From the IMG/VR virus record IMGVR_UViG_2660238070_000012, positions 1 to 49,497 of that record: a stretch of 49,497 nt of DNA. One strand, given 5' to 3'. The notes beneath the pieces were generated by a model. The model ran no database searches and had not been told where the DNA came from. It was given only the letters and a program-made list of their open reading frames with translations. The translations under genes were made by a program, and so were the position numbers. How positions within the stretch are numbered: position 1 is the first letter of the stretch; the number at the start of each line of letters is the position of its first letter. Below, piece after piece: positions 1 to 11,738 of this stretch. This DNA is from a virus (taxonomy: Duplodnaviria > Heunggongvirae > Uroviricota > Caudoviricetes).

Positions 1-1158
1 ATGCTCACCGTTAAGCAGATTGAAGCAGCAAAGCCGAAAGAAAAACCATACCGCCTACTCGATGGTAATGGCCTGTACCTTTATGTCCCTGTGTCAGGGA
101 AAAAGGTATGGCAGCTTCGCTACAAGATTGACGGTAAGGAGAAAATCCTGACCGTAGGAAAATATCCGCTAATGACTTTGCAGGAGGCAAGAGATAAAGC
201 ATGGACCGCGAGGAAAGACATCTCGGTTGGCATCGATCCGGTAAAAGCGAAAAAGGCTTCGTCTAACAACAATTCCTTTAGTGCCATTTACAAGGAATGG
301 TACGAGCACAAGAAGCAAGTCTGGTCAGTAGGCTATGCAACTGAACTTGCCAAAATGTTTGATGACGACATTTTACCCATCATCGGCGGTCTTGAGATTC
401 AGGATATTGAGCCGATGCAACTGCTGGAAGTAATCCGCAGATTTGAAGATCGCGGTGCAATGGAGCGAGCCAACAAAGCCCGCAGAAGATGCGGCGAGGT
501 TTTCCGTTACGCTATTGTCACCGGCAGGGCTAAATATAACCCGGCACCTGACCTTGCTGACGCCATGAATGGGTACCGCAAGAAGAACTTCCCGTTTCTT
601 CCTGCAGACCAGATCCCGGCATTCAATAAAGCACTGGCAACATTTTCAGGAAGTATCGTATCGCTCATTGCCACCAAGGTTTTACGCTACACTGCCCTAA
701 GAACGAAAGAGCTTCGTTCCATGCTATGGAAGAACGTCGATTTTGAAAACAGAATTATCACCATCGACGCCAATGTGATGAAGGGACGCAAAATTCATGT
801 GGTCCCGATGTCAGACCAGGTGGTTGAACTTCTCACTACGCTAAGCTCAATCACCAAACCAGTATCAGAGTTTGTTTTTGCCGGGCGCAACGATAAGAAG
901 AAGTCAATCTGCGAGAACGCGGTACTGCTTGTGATCAAACAAATCGGCTATGAAGGTCTGGAAAGCGGTCACGGATTCAGGCATGAATTCAGCACGATTA
1001 TGAACGAGCACGAATGGCCTGCTGACGCTATTGAAGTGCAACTGGCACATGCCAACGGCGGATCTGTGCGAGGGATTTACAACCATGCTCAGTATCTCGA
1101 TAAGCGCAGAGAAATGATGCAGTGGTGGGCGGACTGGATTGATGAAAAGGTGGAGTGA
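1..1158 (+). CDS. Tyrosine recombinase / phage integrase, P4/IntA-like family
   Basis: 385-aa ORF starting at the window edge. N-terminal AKPKEKPYRLLDGNGLYL motif and C-terminal GHGFRH...RGIYNHAQY catalytic region typical of tyrosine integrases. Clear paralog of the integrase at 39369-40544. Confidence 0.85.
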   Translation: MLTVKQIEAAKPKEKPYRLLDGNGLYLYVPVSGKKVWQLRYKIDGKEKILTVGKYPLMTLQEARDKAWTARKDISVGIDPVKAKKASSNNNSFSAIYKEWYEHKKQVWSVGYATELAKMFDDDILPIIGGLEIQDIEPMQLLEVIRRFEDRGAMERANKARRRCGEVFRYAIVTGRAKYNPAPDLADAMNGYRKKNFPFLPADQIPAFNKALATFSGSIVSLIATKVLRYTALRTKELRSMLWKNVDFENRIITIDANVMKGRKIHVVPMSDQVVELLTTLSSITKPVSEFVFAGRNDKKKSICENAVLLVIKQIGYEGLESGHGFRHEFSTIMNEHEWPADAIEVQLAHANGGSVRGIYNHAQYLDKRREMMQWWADWIDEKVE

Positions 1159-1302
1159 TACACCTTAACTATCGAATAGCACAAAGCCTTGCAATCCAGT
1201 GCAAAGCTTTGTGTGTCTCAGTTTTTATAAATTCTTAAGCAAGAATCATAGTTATAACTATTATGTAAATTTTATGATATATATTGTATTTAAATGCTGG
1301 TT
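1159..1302. other. AT-rich junction between convergent integrase and tailspike; candidate attachment site / boundary between two mobile elements
   Basis: 144-bp non-coding, AT-rich spacer between the stop of the integrase and the stop of the tailspike gene. Position is where a prophage att junction is expected. No repeat partner identified by eye. Confidence 0.3.
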
Positions 1303-3381
1303 TTACTTATTAACCCAACCTGTAGCATTTGTGTTGCTTTCCTTTATATAAAGTACTGTATTTCCACCTCCATCAGAACGAGTGTAAATAGAACCAACTG
1401 GTGCTCCAACTCCGCTAGATGTTGGGTTGCCTTCTTGCCCAAATATCACAAGTGAGCTTTTATCTGTAGCTTGATTATTCTGTGTGGCTGATGTTCCAAA
1501 TGAAACATTCCCTATAAATGACACGCTCTTACAGGTTGATGTAGCAAATATACCAACTGATGGTTTATTAGTTGCAATGCCATCACGAATTTGATTTGAA
1601 CTAACAATTACATTTTCTGCACCAGAGTCAATTCGTATACCATTATGGTTGTTATCTGCGGTAGAAACCCCAGCTATAATGTTTGATTGAATAGTAACAT
1701 TTGAATATTTACCATTAATATGAATCCCATGCAGGGAAATATTTCTAAAGATGTTGCTAGAAATTACAACATCATGCGAAAAACCAGACCCTATAAATTC
1801 TTCTGCATTGGTTTCAGAAATCCATAAAGAACTTGATGTTCCTGAATCGTATTCATTATTAGAGATGATTGATTTGTTAATAAAATCACCTTTGAAAAAA
1901 CCGATTCCGCCTCTTGCTGTGTTTCCAGTGACAGTTAGTCCTGAAACCCATCTTGCGTCTACTGCATATGATTGAGACTCTGTAATAAACATGGAATTGT
2001 TGGATATTACGATATCTTCATGAAATGCATCTGATGTATCTGTATATGGATATGTAGGTGCAGCAAGAAGAATCGGGGATCTAACGCCTTCAAAATAATT
2101 GCCAACAATGCGCCCCCTCCTTGCCCCCTGTGGTTTTGATGATGATGGGAATGGGGTTACATGAACTCCTCGCGCGGTACTGTTATAGAAAGAGCATCCG
2201 CTAACCACCCAATCATACCAGTTGAAAACCCTTACCCCGGCAAAGAGCATTCCATCGAACCTGCAGTTTATGACCCTTATATTTTTGTCCTGATTCCCAT
2301 ATGAATTAGCATGGTTCCCAACCCCCGCCCCCCACGCCCCAAACCCAGTGGTGGTATTTTGTGGATTTGAACCAAAATAACAGTTATCAACAAGAACATT
2401 GATGTTTGGGTAATAATCGCCAAGAGATTCAATCCCCGGATCTAACTGTATCGCTTCTGAATAATTTCGGTTGGAAAGTGGTTTGAAGCCAAGAAACTTA
2501 CAGTCTCTTATAATCACCCCTTGCCCGTCAGCAATATCTACAGCATGAAAATCGACTACATCAAGAAATGTTACTCCAACAATAGAAAGATTTCTTGGTG
2601 AGGAGGCCGCAATGATGTCAAAAGGATCTGTAGGGTGGTCTTGTCCTCCTCCATCTAGTATTCCGCCTGTTATTTTAATGTTAGTGCCAGTATTAGGGTT
2701 TATTCTCAGCATAACGTCATTAGAAAAATTACGTTTAATGGTTACGCCATCAGTCATCTTTAGGTGAGTATTTGATTTTATTTGCAACTCAGAAAGCAAA
2801 GTATATATGCCTGGTAGTGAAAACTGTAGTGTACCTCCTCCAATGCTATATATTGCATCTAGCGCAAATTGCAGAGCTACTTTATTGTCAGCATTCGATG
2901 GATGAGCACCGAAGTCAAGAACATCAATGATTTGTTGGTTCTTTTGGTGTTGAGTTTGATTTGCTGCTCCGGGGAATGGTTGTTTCACCGACACTAATTC
3001 ATCCCCATCACCATCATCAAAGGATGCCAACCTCTTCTGAAACTGATCAGGGTCATACTTCAGCACATTAGGAAAATAAAACTGCTGCGCACCACATGCA
3101 TCATAAACAGCCATAGAATGGCCTTGCACAGTTACGAATTTGGCAATCTGTCCGTTATATACTGGATACCCAGCGGCATTGATGACGATTGGCTGTGCAA
3201 CAGGAACGTGAGAACCATCTTCGTTATCAACATAGACCTGAATCTGGTTATCAGGATTTACCGGGTCAGTGTCAATTTTACCGATATAAATTTTGCCATT
3301 AGCTACGGCTTTAAAAGAACGCGCCATAGTGAAGAGTTGCGAAGGCATGCTCACTACAACATTGGCTGTAATGTCTGTCAT
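1303..3381 (-). CDS. Tailspike protein: P22 gp9-like head-binding N-terminal domain fused to a different beta-helix receptor-binding domain
   Basis: 692 aa. The first ~115 aa ([20 protein letters not shown]...[12 protein letters not shown]...NVLKYDPDQ) match the recalled P22 tailspike head-binding domain. The remainder is Gly/Asn/Ser-rich with repetitive beta-helix-like segments. Last gene of the late operon. Confidence 0.85.
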   Translation of the reverse strand: MTDITANVVVSMPSQLFTMARSFKAVANGKIYIGKIDTDPVNPDNQIQVYVDNEDGSHVPVAQPIVINAAGYPVYNGQIAKFVTVQGHSMAVYDACGAQQFYFPNVLKYDPDQFQKRLASFDDGDGDELVSVKQPFPGAANQTQHQKNQQIIDVLDFGAHPSNADNKVALQFALDAIYSIGGGTLQFSLPGIYTLLSELQIKSNTHLKMTDGVTIKRNFSNDVMLRINPNTGTNIKITGGILDGGGQDHPTDPFDIIAASSPRNLSIVGVTFLDVVDFHAVDIADGQGVIIRDCKFLGFKPLSNRNYSEAIQLDPGIESLGDYYPNINVLVDNCYFGSNPQNTTTGFGAWGAGVGNHANSYGNQDKNIRVINCRFDGMLFAGVRVFNWYDWVVSGCSFYNSTARGVHVTPFPSSSKPQGARRGRIVGNYFEGVRSPILLAAPTYPYTDTSDAFHEDIVISNNSMFITESQSYAVDARWVSGLTVTGNTARGGIGFFKGDFINKSIISNNEYDSGTSSSLWISETNAEEFIGSGFSHDVVISSNIFRNISLHGIHINGKYSNVTIQSNIIAGVSTADNNHNGIRIDSGAENVIVSSNQIRDGIATNKPSVGIFATSTCKSVSFIGNVSFGTSATQNNQATDKSSLVIFGQEGNPTSSGVGAPVGSIYTRSDGGGNTVLYIKESNTNATGWVNK

Positions 3382-3528
3382 TTAATTTGCTCCAGATACA
3401 AGGAATCGCCGCAGCATTGCCGCAGTGATGCATTATTAATCAAAAAAATACGACCACCGTGGTCTTATTGAGGATGCAATCAGCAGATAATAAGATGCCG
3501 ATCCACTCACAAAAGCGAGGCATCAAGA

Positions 3529-3780
3529 ATGGGAAGAGATGACCCGCAATTTAATCTGCGGCTACCTTACGAATTAAAGGAAAAACTAAAACAGCGAGCC
3601 AAATCCAATGGCCGCTCTCTTAATTCAGAATTAGTTCAGATAGTGACTGATGCTGTATCAAAGCCATCCAAAATTTCAGGCTATCGAGACGATGCGGAAC
3701 GCATCGCTGATGAGCAGTCAGAGCTTGTTAAGAAGATGGTGTTTGATACGCTGAAGGATTTGTACAAAAAACCCACCTGA
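3529..3780 (+). CDS. mnt: Mnt-like ribbon-helix-helix repressor (Arc/MetJ family)
   Basis: 83 aa, near-colinear with recalled P22 Mnt (MARDDPHFNFRMP...NGRSMNSELLQIV...DAERLADEQSELVKKMVFDTLKDLYKK). Lies in the immI position between the ejection genes and the tailspike. Confidence 0.85.
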   Translation: MGRDDPQFNLRLPYELKEKLKQRAKSNGRSLNSELVQIVTDAVSKPSKISGYRDDAERIADEQSELVKKMVFDTLKDLYKKPT

Positions 3781-3879
3781 AGGTGGGTTAATTTTTGCAT
3801 TTACCTGGGCCATATTGACTACTTATAAAATGAGATCAATATTTAATCTCCCAATAACGGGTGTATGTTGAGGTATATC

Positions 3880-4059
3880 ATGGCGAAAAAACCAGGTGAA
3901 AACACAGGAAAAAACGGCGGAATATACCAAGAAGTTGGCCCACGCGGCGGTAAGAAAGACAATTTTGCAACCGTCAAGGACAACGAAAGGCTTCCACCAA
4001 CAACAAAGCCAGGTCATGGCTGGGTATTGGATAAGCGAACTCCAGACAGCAAAAAGTAA
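3880..4059 (+). CDS. Hypothetical small basic protein
   Basis: 59-aa ORF from the ATG at 3880, preceded by GAGG. The longer 3865 start lacks an RBS. No recognised motif. Confidence 0.4.
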   Translation: MAKKPGENTGKNGGIYQEVGPRGGKKDNFATVKDNERLPPTTKPGHGWVLDKRTPDSKK

Positions 4060-4072
4060 TAATCAAGCCGGG

Positions 4073-4438
4073 TCACTCCGGCTTTTTGATATGTCGCTCG
4101 CAGAACTCAACAAGCCTGCTCATTAAGTAGCAGTAAGTCTCGTTGGCTCTTCCTGGTTCAACATCAACACCTACCCTTGAGCAGATATCGAATGCCATGT
4201 GAGCGCACTCATGGGCAATAGTAGATAGTTTGCCATTGAACACGCCTATCACATGCAAAACACCATTCTCGCTACTCATTGTATGAGACGCTCCGTTGGC
4301 GTCCGAGTCATGCACGTCAACGCCAAGTTTTTGATGCAGGCGTTGCCATTCTGGAAAGTCTCTACAAAACACAATTGTACCGCTCTCAAAGAGCGGAACG
4401 AGCATCTTTGGTACGTTTCCAATGTTAACTTTTTTCAT
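4073..4438 (-). CDS. Hypothetical protein with HExxH motif (possible small zinc metallopeptidase)
   Basis: 121 aa containing IAHECAHMAF (HExxH). Divergently arranged with the lipoprotein gene. Confidence 0.5.
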   Translation of the reverse strand: MKKVNIGNVPKMLVPLFESGTIVFCRDFPEWQRLHQKLGVDVHDSDANGASHTMSSENGVLHVIGVFNGKLSTIAHECAHMAFDICSRVGVDVEPGRANETYCYLMSRLVEFCERHIKKPE

Positions 4439-4472
4439 GGTATCCTGCGCAAAACTAAGGAGAGTTAATTAT

Positions 4473-4958
4473 ATGAAAAAATCACTGTTAATTATCCCGC
4501 TTCTGCTGGCTGGGTGCGCAAAAGTAAGCGACTATCAGGCAAGTTGCGAGCAACGCTATCCAAAGCTTAGCGATATGGCTAATTGCCTTGATGCCAGCTT
4601 GAAGAACGACTCTCGCATGGCATCAGCACCAACACCTAAGCTGTATGTCCTTGCTGCGAAGATGCTCGGGCAAGGTGTCGATGAAGGCAAGATAAGTGAC
4701 ACACAGGCAAGACTTGAACTTCAGAATCTTTATGTTCAATTACAAAGCCAAGAACAAGCACAACAAATAGCACAAAGCCAAGCATTCCAGCAGGCTTTAT
4801 TGAATTATCAGGCTGTAAACACAATGCAAGCGATCGAGCAAAAAGCGCGCCAGCCTGTTATAACTCAACCTTACCCAACACGCGTTGACACATATACAAA
4901 CTGCAATTCAGGATTTGGAAACACGGTAACATGCAACAGTAGCAGTAATATCAGATAG
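4473..4958 (+). CDS. Lipoprotein (candidate lysogenic-conversion / superinfection-exclusion factor)
   Basis: ATG at 4473 preceded by AAGGAGAG. Signal peptide MKKSLLIIPLLLAGC with lipobox LAGC. Gln-rich coiled region. Opposite strand to the late operon. Confidence 0.6.
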   Translation: MKKSLLIIPLLLAGCAKVSDYQASCEQRYPKLSDMANCLDASLKNDSRMASAPTPKLYVLAAKMLGQGVDEGKISDTQARLELQNLYVQLQSQEQAQQIAQSQAFQQALLNYQAVNTMQAIEQKARQPVITQPYPTRVDTYTNCNSGFGNTVTCNSSSNIR

Positions 4959-4971
4959 TTATATCTTATTT

Positions 4972-6819
4972 TTATTGCTGTTCTGCTGTAATTTGGCTTG
5001 AAAGTATAGGGCGTATCGCATTTGCAGCATTATTTAGCGCTCTTTCATAGGCTGGTGTTCCTGCTTTGGTGTTTGCCAAACGTAAGAGAGCATTCCTTGC
5101 TGCTTTTGACTCATACAAGCGCATCATTGCACCGAAACCAGCCTCAAGCCCCATTGATACGCCAAGAGTCGCAGTTGCGCCAATCGTCCTTATCCTGTTG
5201 GCTTGCGATTGCCCCGTCTGAGTTACTACATTTGCGGTGTCTGACCTTGCTGTTTGCTGTAGAACTTCATGAAGAGAATCAAGCTCTTTCATGTGCTTTC
5301 CAGAAAAAATAGTGTTGTAAATTTCACCGCCTGACTGAGATTTCAGCTTATTAACTTCAGTGATGAACTTGGCTGGAGAGTCACCGGCCTTTTCCGCTAT
5401 TTTGCTGACATAAGCTGCACGCATAGCATCTTTCCCTTTATTATCCAATGCGCTCCAGATTCGTTTCACGTCAGATGGTTTTCTGCTTAATACAACGGTA
5501 TTTATAAGTTCAGGACTGGCTTCACTGCTTGCCTTGTTGAGCTTGTTAGCAATGTTTTTATTAAGCACCTTATTATAAATGTTTGCATAATCGGAATTTG
5601 CTTTAAGGTATTTTGCTGCGTCTGATGCACCGAGGTTTTTTGCAACTGCGTTACGAAGATCTTTTGACATTGCATTCTCTACCATATTGGTAGCTGCTTT
5701 TGCCTGGTTTGGGAAGACCATAGCATCTCCCTGAACATTAGATCTAAATGCTGTTCTGTGCTGACGCAAGAGATCAAACGTAACATCCAAATCAGTTGCA
5801 GGGTTTGCTAATTCTTCACGTAGGTTACGCAAGGATGTAAGCAGGCTTTGATTGGCAGACGTCCCAAGCCGTTCCTGTCTTGCGATCGCTGTATTCAGAG
5901 CATTCATGGTATTTGTGGTATCAACTGCGGCATTACCCATTTTATTGGTGACGTCATTGATAACAGCGCCAGCGGCATCCTTCCGCCCCCTTAACGTGGT
6001 GGTAAGAGATTTCACCACATCATCAGGGTTGTACTCACCAAAACGGTCAAAATAATTACTTACCAGCTTACTACGCGTTGCATATTGCTCCGCTCGCTTT
6101 GAGCCTGTCCCGAGCAAAGCCCCCTCGGCATCCTGAGTTAGGCCGCGAGTGAAAGCATTTTTCGGCGGGATAACATCAGATGTCATTGGTGTCACGCCCA
6201 TCGATTCTGATGTGGCAATTTTCTTCGCCACTTCTGGCGCAATATCACCTTTTATAGCCGTTATTCCACGCCCTATTCCCTTTGCTGCTGCGGAAAGAAC
6301 CCCCTGAGCGGCAAGGTTAACTCCGGCATTTTTAGCTGCATTTTGTGCGAAATCGCCTTTCTGATTTGCGGCCTCTGCCAGTGATCCAATAGCCATGCTT
6401 CCTGCCGTTCCAACTCCTGGAACTAAATACCCGCCAATTGTTTCTCCAGCTTGCGCATAAGGGTCTGTTGGTCGATCGACTGGACGATAGACATCGTCCA
6501 AAACCTTGTGGCCACCAAGCCCCTGGCTGATTGCATTAATCAGACTTGCGCCGCCCTGCAATACGTCAAATGGTATGTTTACCAGACCACGACCAGCCTG
6601 TTCCGCAATTTGCCCTGCACTTTGACCACCAGTGAGCCAATCGCCAGCTTGTTGCATCAATGATGGTTCTTCCCGTGTTGGTGCATTATTGGCCTGATTA
6701 ACTGTTTGTTGCTGAACAGCCTGACCAGCAAAATACTCATCAATGGCGGTGCCAATATCTTCGGTGCTCGTACCATCAGGAAAGGTAAATGTCTTACCGT
6801 TTGCAGTTACTTTCATCAT
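4972..6819 (-). CDS. Ejection (injection) protein, P22 gp16-like
   Basis: 615 aa (P22 gp16 is ~609 aa). Position in P22 gene order after the gp20-like gene. Gly/Ala-rich. Confidence 0.75.
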   Translation of the reverse strand: MMKVTANGKTFTFPDGTSTEDIGTAIDEYFAGQAVQQQTVNQANNAPTREEPSLMQQAGDWLTGGQSAGQIAEQAGRGLVNIPFDVLQGGASLINAISQGLGGHKVLDDVYRPVDRPTDPYAQAGETIGGYLVPGVGTAGSMAIGSLAEAANQKGDFAQNAAKNAGVNLAAQGVLSAAAKGIGRGITAIKGDIAPEVAKKIATSESMGVTPMTSDVIPPKNAFTRGLTQDAEGALLGTGSKRAEQYATRSKLVSNYFDRFGEYNPDDVVKSLTTTLRGRKDAAGAVINDVTNKMGNAAVDTTNTMNALNTAIARQERLGTSANQSLLTSLRNLREELANPATDLDVTFDLLRQHRTAFRSNVQGDAMVFPNQAKAATNMVENAMSKDLRNAVAKNLGASDAAKYLKANSDYANIYNKVLNKNIANKLNKASSEASPELINTVVLSRKPSDVKRIWSALDNKGKDAMRAAYVSKIAEKAGDSPAKFITEVNKLKSQSGGEIYNTIFSGKHMKELDSLHEVLQQTARSDTANVVTQTGQSQANRIRTIGATATLGVSMGLEAGFGAMMRLYESKAARNALLRLANTKAGTPAYERALNNAANAIRPILSSQITAEQQ

Positions 6820-8195
6820 TCCACCGTAAATTGAATGCCTGATTTTGAGGTATATGATCCAACCTGATTCCGTGGTTCTCCTGAAGGTGTCGAATCTTGT
6901 GCTGGCGCTGCGTCAGTATTCATTGACATATACCGCTTAACGGCACTCCCCAATGATTCACCTTTTTTAACATCCAACCCCAATATCTGACCGCCATTAC
7001 GCGATTGTCCAGGGTTGCCATTCGCGCTCATCCACTCAGCTTTAAACTCATTAAACTGCGCGTTTCGTCGCTCAAGGTTTGCCATTGCATCAAGCCATCT
7101 TGCGACCGTCTCAGGGTTATCCATGTCAGTTGGCGCACCCTGTCGAACGATCTCAACGTCTTTATCCGTTGCTGGGCCGGGAGGTAGGAATTTAAGAACC
7201 TGACTGTTAACAAGGGCATTTTGGCGAATGCGCAAATCACGCAATGTCGTATCGCTTCCGGTAAGTTTTGCGAACATGTTCTGTGCGTTACCGAACAAGC
7301 CGGTCGTTGGTTTTTCTGCTCTGAACTGTTGAGCAAGCGCACTCATGGAATTGGCTGAGTTTGATGATGCTGTGGCATTGTTTACAGCCGTCTCGATGCC
7401 TTTTTCCATGTTTACTGACAGCTTAGGTGCTTCACTAATCAACTGCTGAGCCTTTTCCTGCGCTTGCTGCATCTTAAGCCCGAACTCTTGCTGATCCAGA
7501 GCCAAGCGTTGTGCTGCGATATTGTGCCCAGTCATTGCTGACTGATAGGAAAGGTTTTGCCCTCTCGCCTGAAGTGCTTCACCAGCCTGATTGCTGCGGA
7601 TTGTCTCTGCCAGCCTGCCTCGGTCAATTTCACGACCAGCCATCTTATCCTGAACATTGAAGTAATCAATCGGACCAAGCGCGGCCATTCCAAGGTGATC
7701 AACAAACTCACCAAATCCTGAAGGATTCTGCTGATACATCTGAGCAACGCTGTTAGGGTCAACACCGACGCGAGTCAGTTCCTTGGCGTTGTTTTGCAGC
7801 CATGATTGCATTGCTTCTGGAGACGATGACGCAAGGCGTGCGCCAGCCGCTAAGGTGCCGATAGAATTGCGCTGGTCTTCATCAATGAATCCCATGCCTT
7901 TACGAACGGATTCAATCTGGTCTGGATATTGAGTAGCCAACTGACGCAAAGCACCGCGATCACCAGACGCATAAGCATTAGCGTATGCCTGCTGAAATTC
8001 TTTCTGCCGCTGAGCCTGCTTTTTCTGCTGAAACACCCCCGCAATACCTGAAAGGCCTTGCAAAGCAGTCAGCCCAACATTGTTCTGTCTGATAAGCTGA
8101 AGCGTATTGCCGATGTCATTTACGCTCGGAGCGTTTGAGTTGACACCACCGATACCAGCCAACAATCCGCCATTTGTTCCTTGCCAAGTAGCCAT
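6816..8195 (-). CDS. Ejection protein, P22 gp20-like
   Basis: 459 aa. Synteny and size match P22 gene 20. 4-bp overlap with the downstream gene. Confidence 0.75.
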   Translation of the reverse strand: MATWQGTNGGLLAGIGGVNSNAPSVNDIGNTLQLIRQNNVGLTALQGLSGIAGVFQQKKQAQRQKEFQQAYANAYASGDRGALRQLATQYPDQIESVRKGMGFIDEDQRNSIGTLAAGARLASSSPEAMQSWLQNNAKELTRVGVDPNSVAQMYQQNPSGFGEFVDHLGMAALGPIDYFNVQDKMAGREIDRGRLAETIRSNQAGEALQARGQNLSYQSAMTGHNIAAQRLALDQQEFGLKMQQAQEKAQQLISEAPKLSVNMEKGIETAVNNATASSNSANSMSALAQQFRAEKPTTGLFGNAQNMFAKLTGSDTTLRDLRIRQNALVNSQVLKFLPPGPATDKDVEIVRQGAPTDMDNPETVARWLDAMANLERRNAQFNEFKAEWMSANGNPGQSRNGGQILGLDVKKGESLGSAVKRYMSMNTDAAPAQDSTPSGEPRNQVGSYTSKSGIQFTVE

Positions 8196-8204
8196 GATTA
8201 CCCC

Positions 8205-8900
8205 TTAAAACAACGATCCAAGCAGGCCAAGTCCGCCGCCAATTGCCGCACCTAATCCAGTGCCAAGTCCGGGAACAATAGAGCCAAGAGCAGCGCCAGT
8301 CATAGCCCCTGAAGCTCCACCGCTAATTGCTGTCTGAAGACCTGATGGCTTGTTGGCATTAGCAGCGGCAAGAGCTGCGCTTTGCTGTGCAATGCTGCTC
8401 ATGTTGTTGGCGTACGTCTGCCCGGCGTTTGCCTGACCTTGCAGAGCACCAAGCCCAACGTTTGCCAGATTGTTGTAATTGCTCATCTGGTTTGATAACC
8501 ACGACTGACCGAGAGTCGGAGCAATCGTAGCCAGTTGATTGCTTGTGGCTGTCGAACCAAGTCCGCCAGTCGCCTCCGCAGCAGCAAGACTCTGGTAACG
8601 CGCCTGACCTGCAAGGTCTTTATACTGCTGAGAGTTGTAATACTGATTAAGTGCCTGCCCCTGACCTTCTAAACTGGAAAGATTCTGCAACTGGTTAACA
8701 TACTGCTCCGCAAGAGGCGTGAACGGAGCAAGGTTTTTCATGATCGTCTGCCACTGCTGATTTTGCAGGTCTGCTGCATACTTCTGAGCTTCTGCGGCAT
8801 ACTTTGCGCTTTTATCAGAACTGCCACCTTTCCCGCCTTTTTCATGGCACCAAGGTTCCTCGCCGCGCAGTTTTCTGCCCAGCTTAAATGCATATAACAT
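8205..8900 (-). CDS. Ejection protein, P22 gp7-like
   Basis: 231 aa (P22 gp7 is ~229 aa). Gly/Ala/Gln-rich with C-terminal Gly-rich hydrophobic segment. Synteny. Confidence 0.7.
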   Translation of the reverse strand: MLYAFKLGRKLRGEEPWCHEKGGKGGSSDKSAKYAAEAQKYAADLQNQQWQTIMKNLAPFTPLAEQYVNQLQNLSSLEGQGQALNQYYNSQQYKDLAGQARYQSLAAAEATGGLGSTATSNQLATIAPTLGQSWLSNQMSNYNNLANVGLGALQGQANAGQTYANNMSSIAQQSAALAAANANKPSGLQTAISGGASGAMTGAALGSIVPGLGTGLGAAIGGGLGLLGSLF

Positions 8901-8902
8901 GG

Positions 8903-9358
8903 CTATCTCCCGTGATTCAGGAAGTCGATTAGTTCTTCGCGTGTGGCGCTGTAAAAAGTCACGTCATCCACACCTTTAAAGTATTTCTTGATGGTTCCGA
9001 CACGCTTAAGGCCAATCATTGCGCAGTAAATCTGCCCGTGGCGGAATTTGCGTGCGGCGAACGATGTGACGCACTGAACGGTGGTGTTAGTCAGAATGTA
9101 TCGCCAGAACGCCAGCCCGATTTCCTTGCTGAAGCCGCGAATCTCTGGCAGGTACATGGCGTGGCAATCGAATGTCAGCGGCTGAATCTCCTGATAGTAA
9201 ACAATGCCGCCAAACTGACCGTGCACGTTCACCTCAAAGTAACGGCAATCAGGTTTGTAGTCGTATCCATCACCGTTGTTGCTTCCGGCAATAATGTCAG
9301 GGTGATTTCCGACTGCTTCGATCAGGTCGATGTTTCGCGTTGGTTTGAACTGAATCAT
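8903..9358 (-). CDS. Head assembly / DNA stabilization protein, P22 gp14-like
   Basis: 151 aa. Position between needle and gp7-like gene as in P22. Confidence 0.6.
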   Translation of the reverse strand: MIQFKPTRNIDLIEAVGNHPDIIAGSNNGDGYDYKPDCRYFEVNVHGQFGGIVYYQEIQPLTFDCHAMYLPEIRGFSKEIGLAFWRYILTNTTVQCVTSFAARKFRHGQIYCAMIGLKRVGTIKKYFKGVDDVTFYSATREELIDFLNHGR

Positions 9359-10311
9359 TACTGCTCCGCGATTATCTTGATGGTTGTGGCAGTAAACGTC
9401 GCCCCATTTGACTGAATGGTTAACGTACTGCCATTTGTGGCAAGAAAGCCGTCTTTATCCACGCTGAAGAACGTAGCTAACAGGATGTTATCGGTTGTTG
9501 TCGCCGCATTACGACTGCTTACCAGTGTGTCAGGAACAGAGCCGGAAAAGGTTAGCTGCATTGACCTGTTGGCGGTTCCACTGGGCCACGTCCCGACAAT
9601 CGACAGCTTGAAGAACAGGGTTTTGTTCTCGTTGAACACAACCATCTTGTTGTTAACGGTGTCGAAGAATGGTGCCAACGTTCCGGATAACGGCGTGAGC
9701 GTTTTCAGCAGGCTAACAAGGTTAGTCGGCGCTGTCGGGATGGTTACAGATACTCCTGAGTAAACAACCTCTGATTTCTTGCGCGTGGTGGCATACTCAA
9801 GCGCAGATATTCTTGTTGAGTGATCACCAGCTGTGCTTTGTAGCGTCGAAATACTTCCCTCTGCCGCTGTGAGCCTGGTATCAAGTGCTTCGATATCGTC
9901 TGTATTCTGAGTAATGCGCACATCATGGTTTGCTAACTCAGATTCATTAGCAGCAATTCGCGCCTCGTGATCAGCCAACTCTGTTTCAGCAGCCGTAATC
10001 CTTGTTTCATGATCTGCAAGAGTGCTTTCCGCTGCTGAGATTCTATGTTCATGATTGATGAGAGTTGCTTCAGCAGTTTCAATTCTGGATTCATGGTCTG
10101 CAAGGGTGACATCCTGCTCATCATTCTTCACCTGTGCATCATAAGCCCCCTTCCCTGCTTCGTTGGCCTTGTTAGCCACATTACCAACATCAGTACCCTG
10201 TGCAATAACGTAAAGCAGATACGACTGAGAGAAGATATTGCGTGGAAGGACTGATGTATCGAGCCGCGTAGCCTGGATGATTACTGGCTCATTGAGATTC
10301 GAATCAGCCAT
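9358..10311 (-). CDS. Tail needle protein (gp26-like trimeric coiled coil with C-terminal knob)
   Basis: 317 aa. Long heptad-repeat region ([39 protein letters not shown]...) followed by a globular C-terminus. Synteny after gp10-like gene. Confidence 0.75.
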   Translation of the reverse strand: MADSNLNEPVIIQATRLDTSVLPRNIFSQSYLLYVIAQGTDVGNVANKANEAGKGAYDAQVKNDEQDVTLADHESRIETAEATLINHEHRISAAESTLADHETRITAAETELADHEARIAANESELANHDVRITQNTDDIEALDTRLTAAEGSISTLQSTAGDHSTRISALEYATTRKKSEVVYSGVSVTIPTAPTNLVSLLKTLTPLSGTLAPFFDTVNNKMVVFNENKTLFFKLSIVGTWPSGTANRSMQLTFSGSVPDTLVSSRNAATTTDNILLATFFSVDKDGFLATNGSTLTIQSNGATFTATTIKIIAEQ

Positions 10312-11729
10312 TACTCAATCCTTATCTGGCAGCCAGACAGAGTTACAGGTGACTTCGTGATAACGCGCAATTTGAAGCCAACATTTTTCCTGATGCGCCC
10401 GACTCGCTTCCACAAAACACGTTTGTCGTAAACGAACGGTTCATTCTGCTCAATCATCTGCTCACGACCATAATTGATGCCGTCAGTGGTTGCAGAGAGG
10501 AACAGGCGGTCGGCGTACTGCGCAACTCCAGTTGACGATTCAACTTCAAGGTCGAAAACTCTGGCGTTATCCGCTTTGAACAGCGGAGTAAACAGCAGGT
10601 GTTCCTGTTGCTTGTCGTACTGGCTGCTGATATCGAACTGCAATTTTCCTGTCATCGATTCAAGCTTATCGCCGCACGTTATCTGATTGCCTTCGTAAAT
10701 GAAGTCGATAGCGCGGTACACATCGTCATACAGGCCTGTTTTCAGCACACACCATTGCGGACCATTGGCACTTGAAGATGCGTCGTATACTAGAACATGG
10801 CGCGGAAGGTGGATAATCAGCAACTCATGCGCATCAAATCGCAACGATTCCATCACGCCATCAGCCAGTTCATCAGCAGTGTAGGAGCGGAGGATTTTCT
10901 CAATGCTCGCGCTGGCGATTGGTGACACCTGACCGGAGCCGATGATGTATACAGACGGCGCACCTGTTGCCGGATTGCTGATGAACGCATAGGAATCAGC
11001 AAACGGCGTTTTGCAGTAAGTTCCGGCGATGCCTTTTTGCACCATCAGCGATGGCTGCGCGACATACAAAGCAGCACCAACGGTAGTTGCGCCTGTCAGG
11101 GAGAAATATTCAATCGTCGATGAACCAAAGCAGACGATGAAGTCTCGCCATGTTCCGATGCCGATGATGCCGTCAGGCTGAGACTCTGCACGATATTGTG
11201 CGCTGTATCGGTCAGGGTGCGATTCGTCTTCAAGGTCAGTGATAAACCATGAATCAGTTCCGTCTTTTGACCACGCATAACGCCCACGTAAGCGCGTAAT
11301 GTCACGAACCGAACCTAACTCATACTGCGTGAATCCGCTGTCTGTAGGCCAGTTTGAGACTGTTTTAACCGTGCCATCATAGCGATACTCAACCAGTTGA
11401 CCATTAACGCCTACAGCCTGAGATGTTCGACCATGCGCCATTGATACGCGACCACTTCCGGCGACGTCACCGACTTCGCTTTCGCCTTTGTAGAGCTTGC
11501 CACCACACACACGATAAACAGCATTCTGCGCCATGTTGTACTCGACGCCGCGAGATACACCGTTCACATCAGAACGTTTTGCAATGCCCGGGAATGAGCG
11601 AAGATATCCACTGCTGTTGAGGATTTCTTTTGGTGTAGCCAGCATATTCACTGGCAGATAGTCGATATAGTCAGCGTTTCGGAAATCTTTGCCGACACCT
11701 TTCATAAGCGGAAGTTGCTGAATCGGCAT
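10311..11729 (-). CDS. Tail hub / head completion protein, P22 gp10-like
   Basis: 472 aa, the same length as P22 gp10. Synteny. Confidence 0.8.
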   Translation of the reverse strand: MPIQQLPLMKGVGKDFRNADYIDYLPVNMLATPKEILNSSGYLRSFPGIAKRSDVNGVSRGVEYNMAQNAVYRVCGGKLYKGESEVGDVAGSGRVSMAHGRTSQAVGVNGQLVEYRYDGTVKTVSNWPTDSGFTQYELGSVRDITRLRGRYAWSKDGTDSWFITDLEDESHPDRYSAQYRAESQPDGIIGIGTWRDFIVCFGSSTIEYFSLTGATTVGAALYVAQPSLMVQKGIAGTYCKTPFADSYAFISNPATGAPSVYIIGSGQVSPIASASIEKILRSYTADELADGVMESLRFDAHELLIIHLPRHVLVYDASSSANGPQWCVLKTGLYDDVYRAIDFIYEGNQITCGDKLESMTGKLQFDISSQYDKQQEHLLFTPLFKADNARVFDLEVESSTGVAQYADRLFLSATTDGINYGREQMIEQNEPFVYDKRVLWKRVGRIRKNVGFKLRVITKSPVTLSGCQIRIE

Positions 11730-11738
11730 TTATTCACC

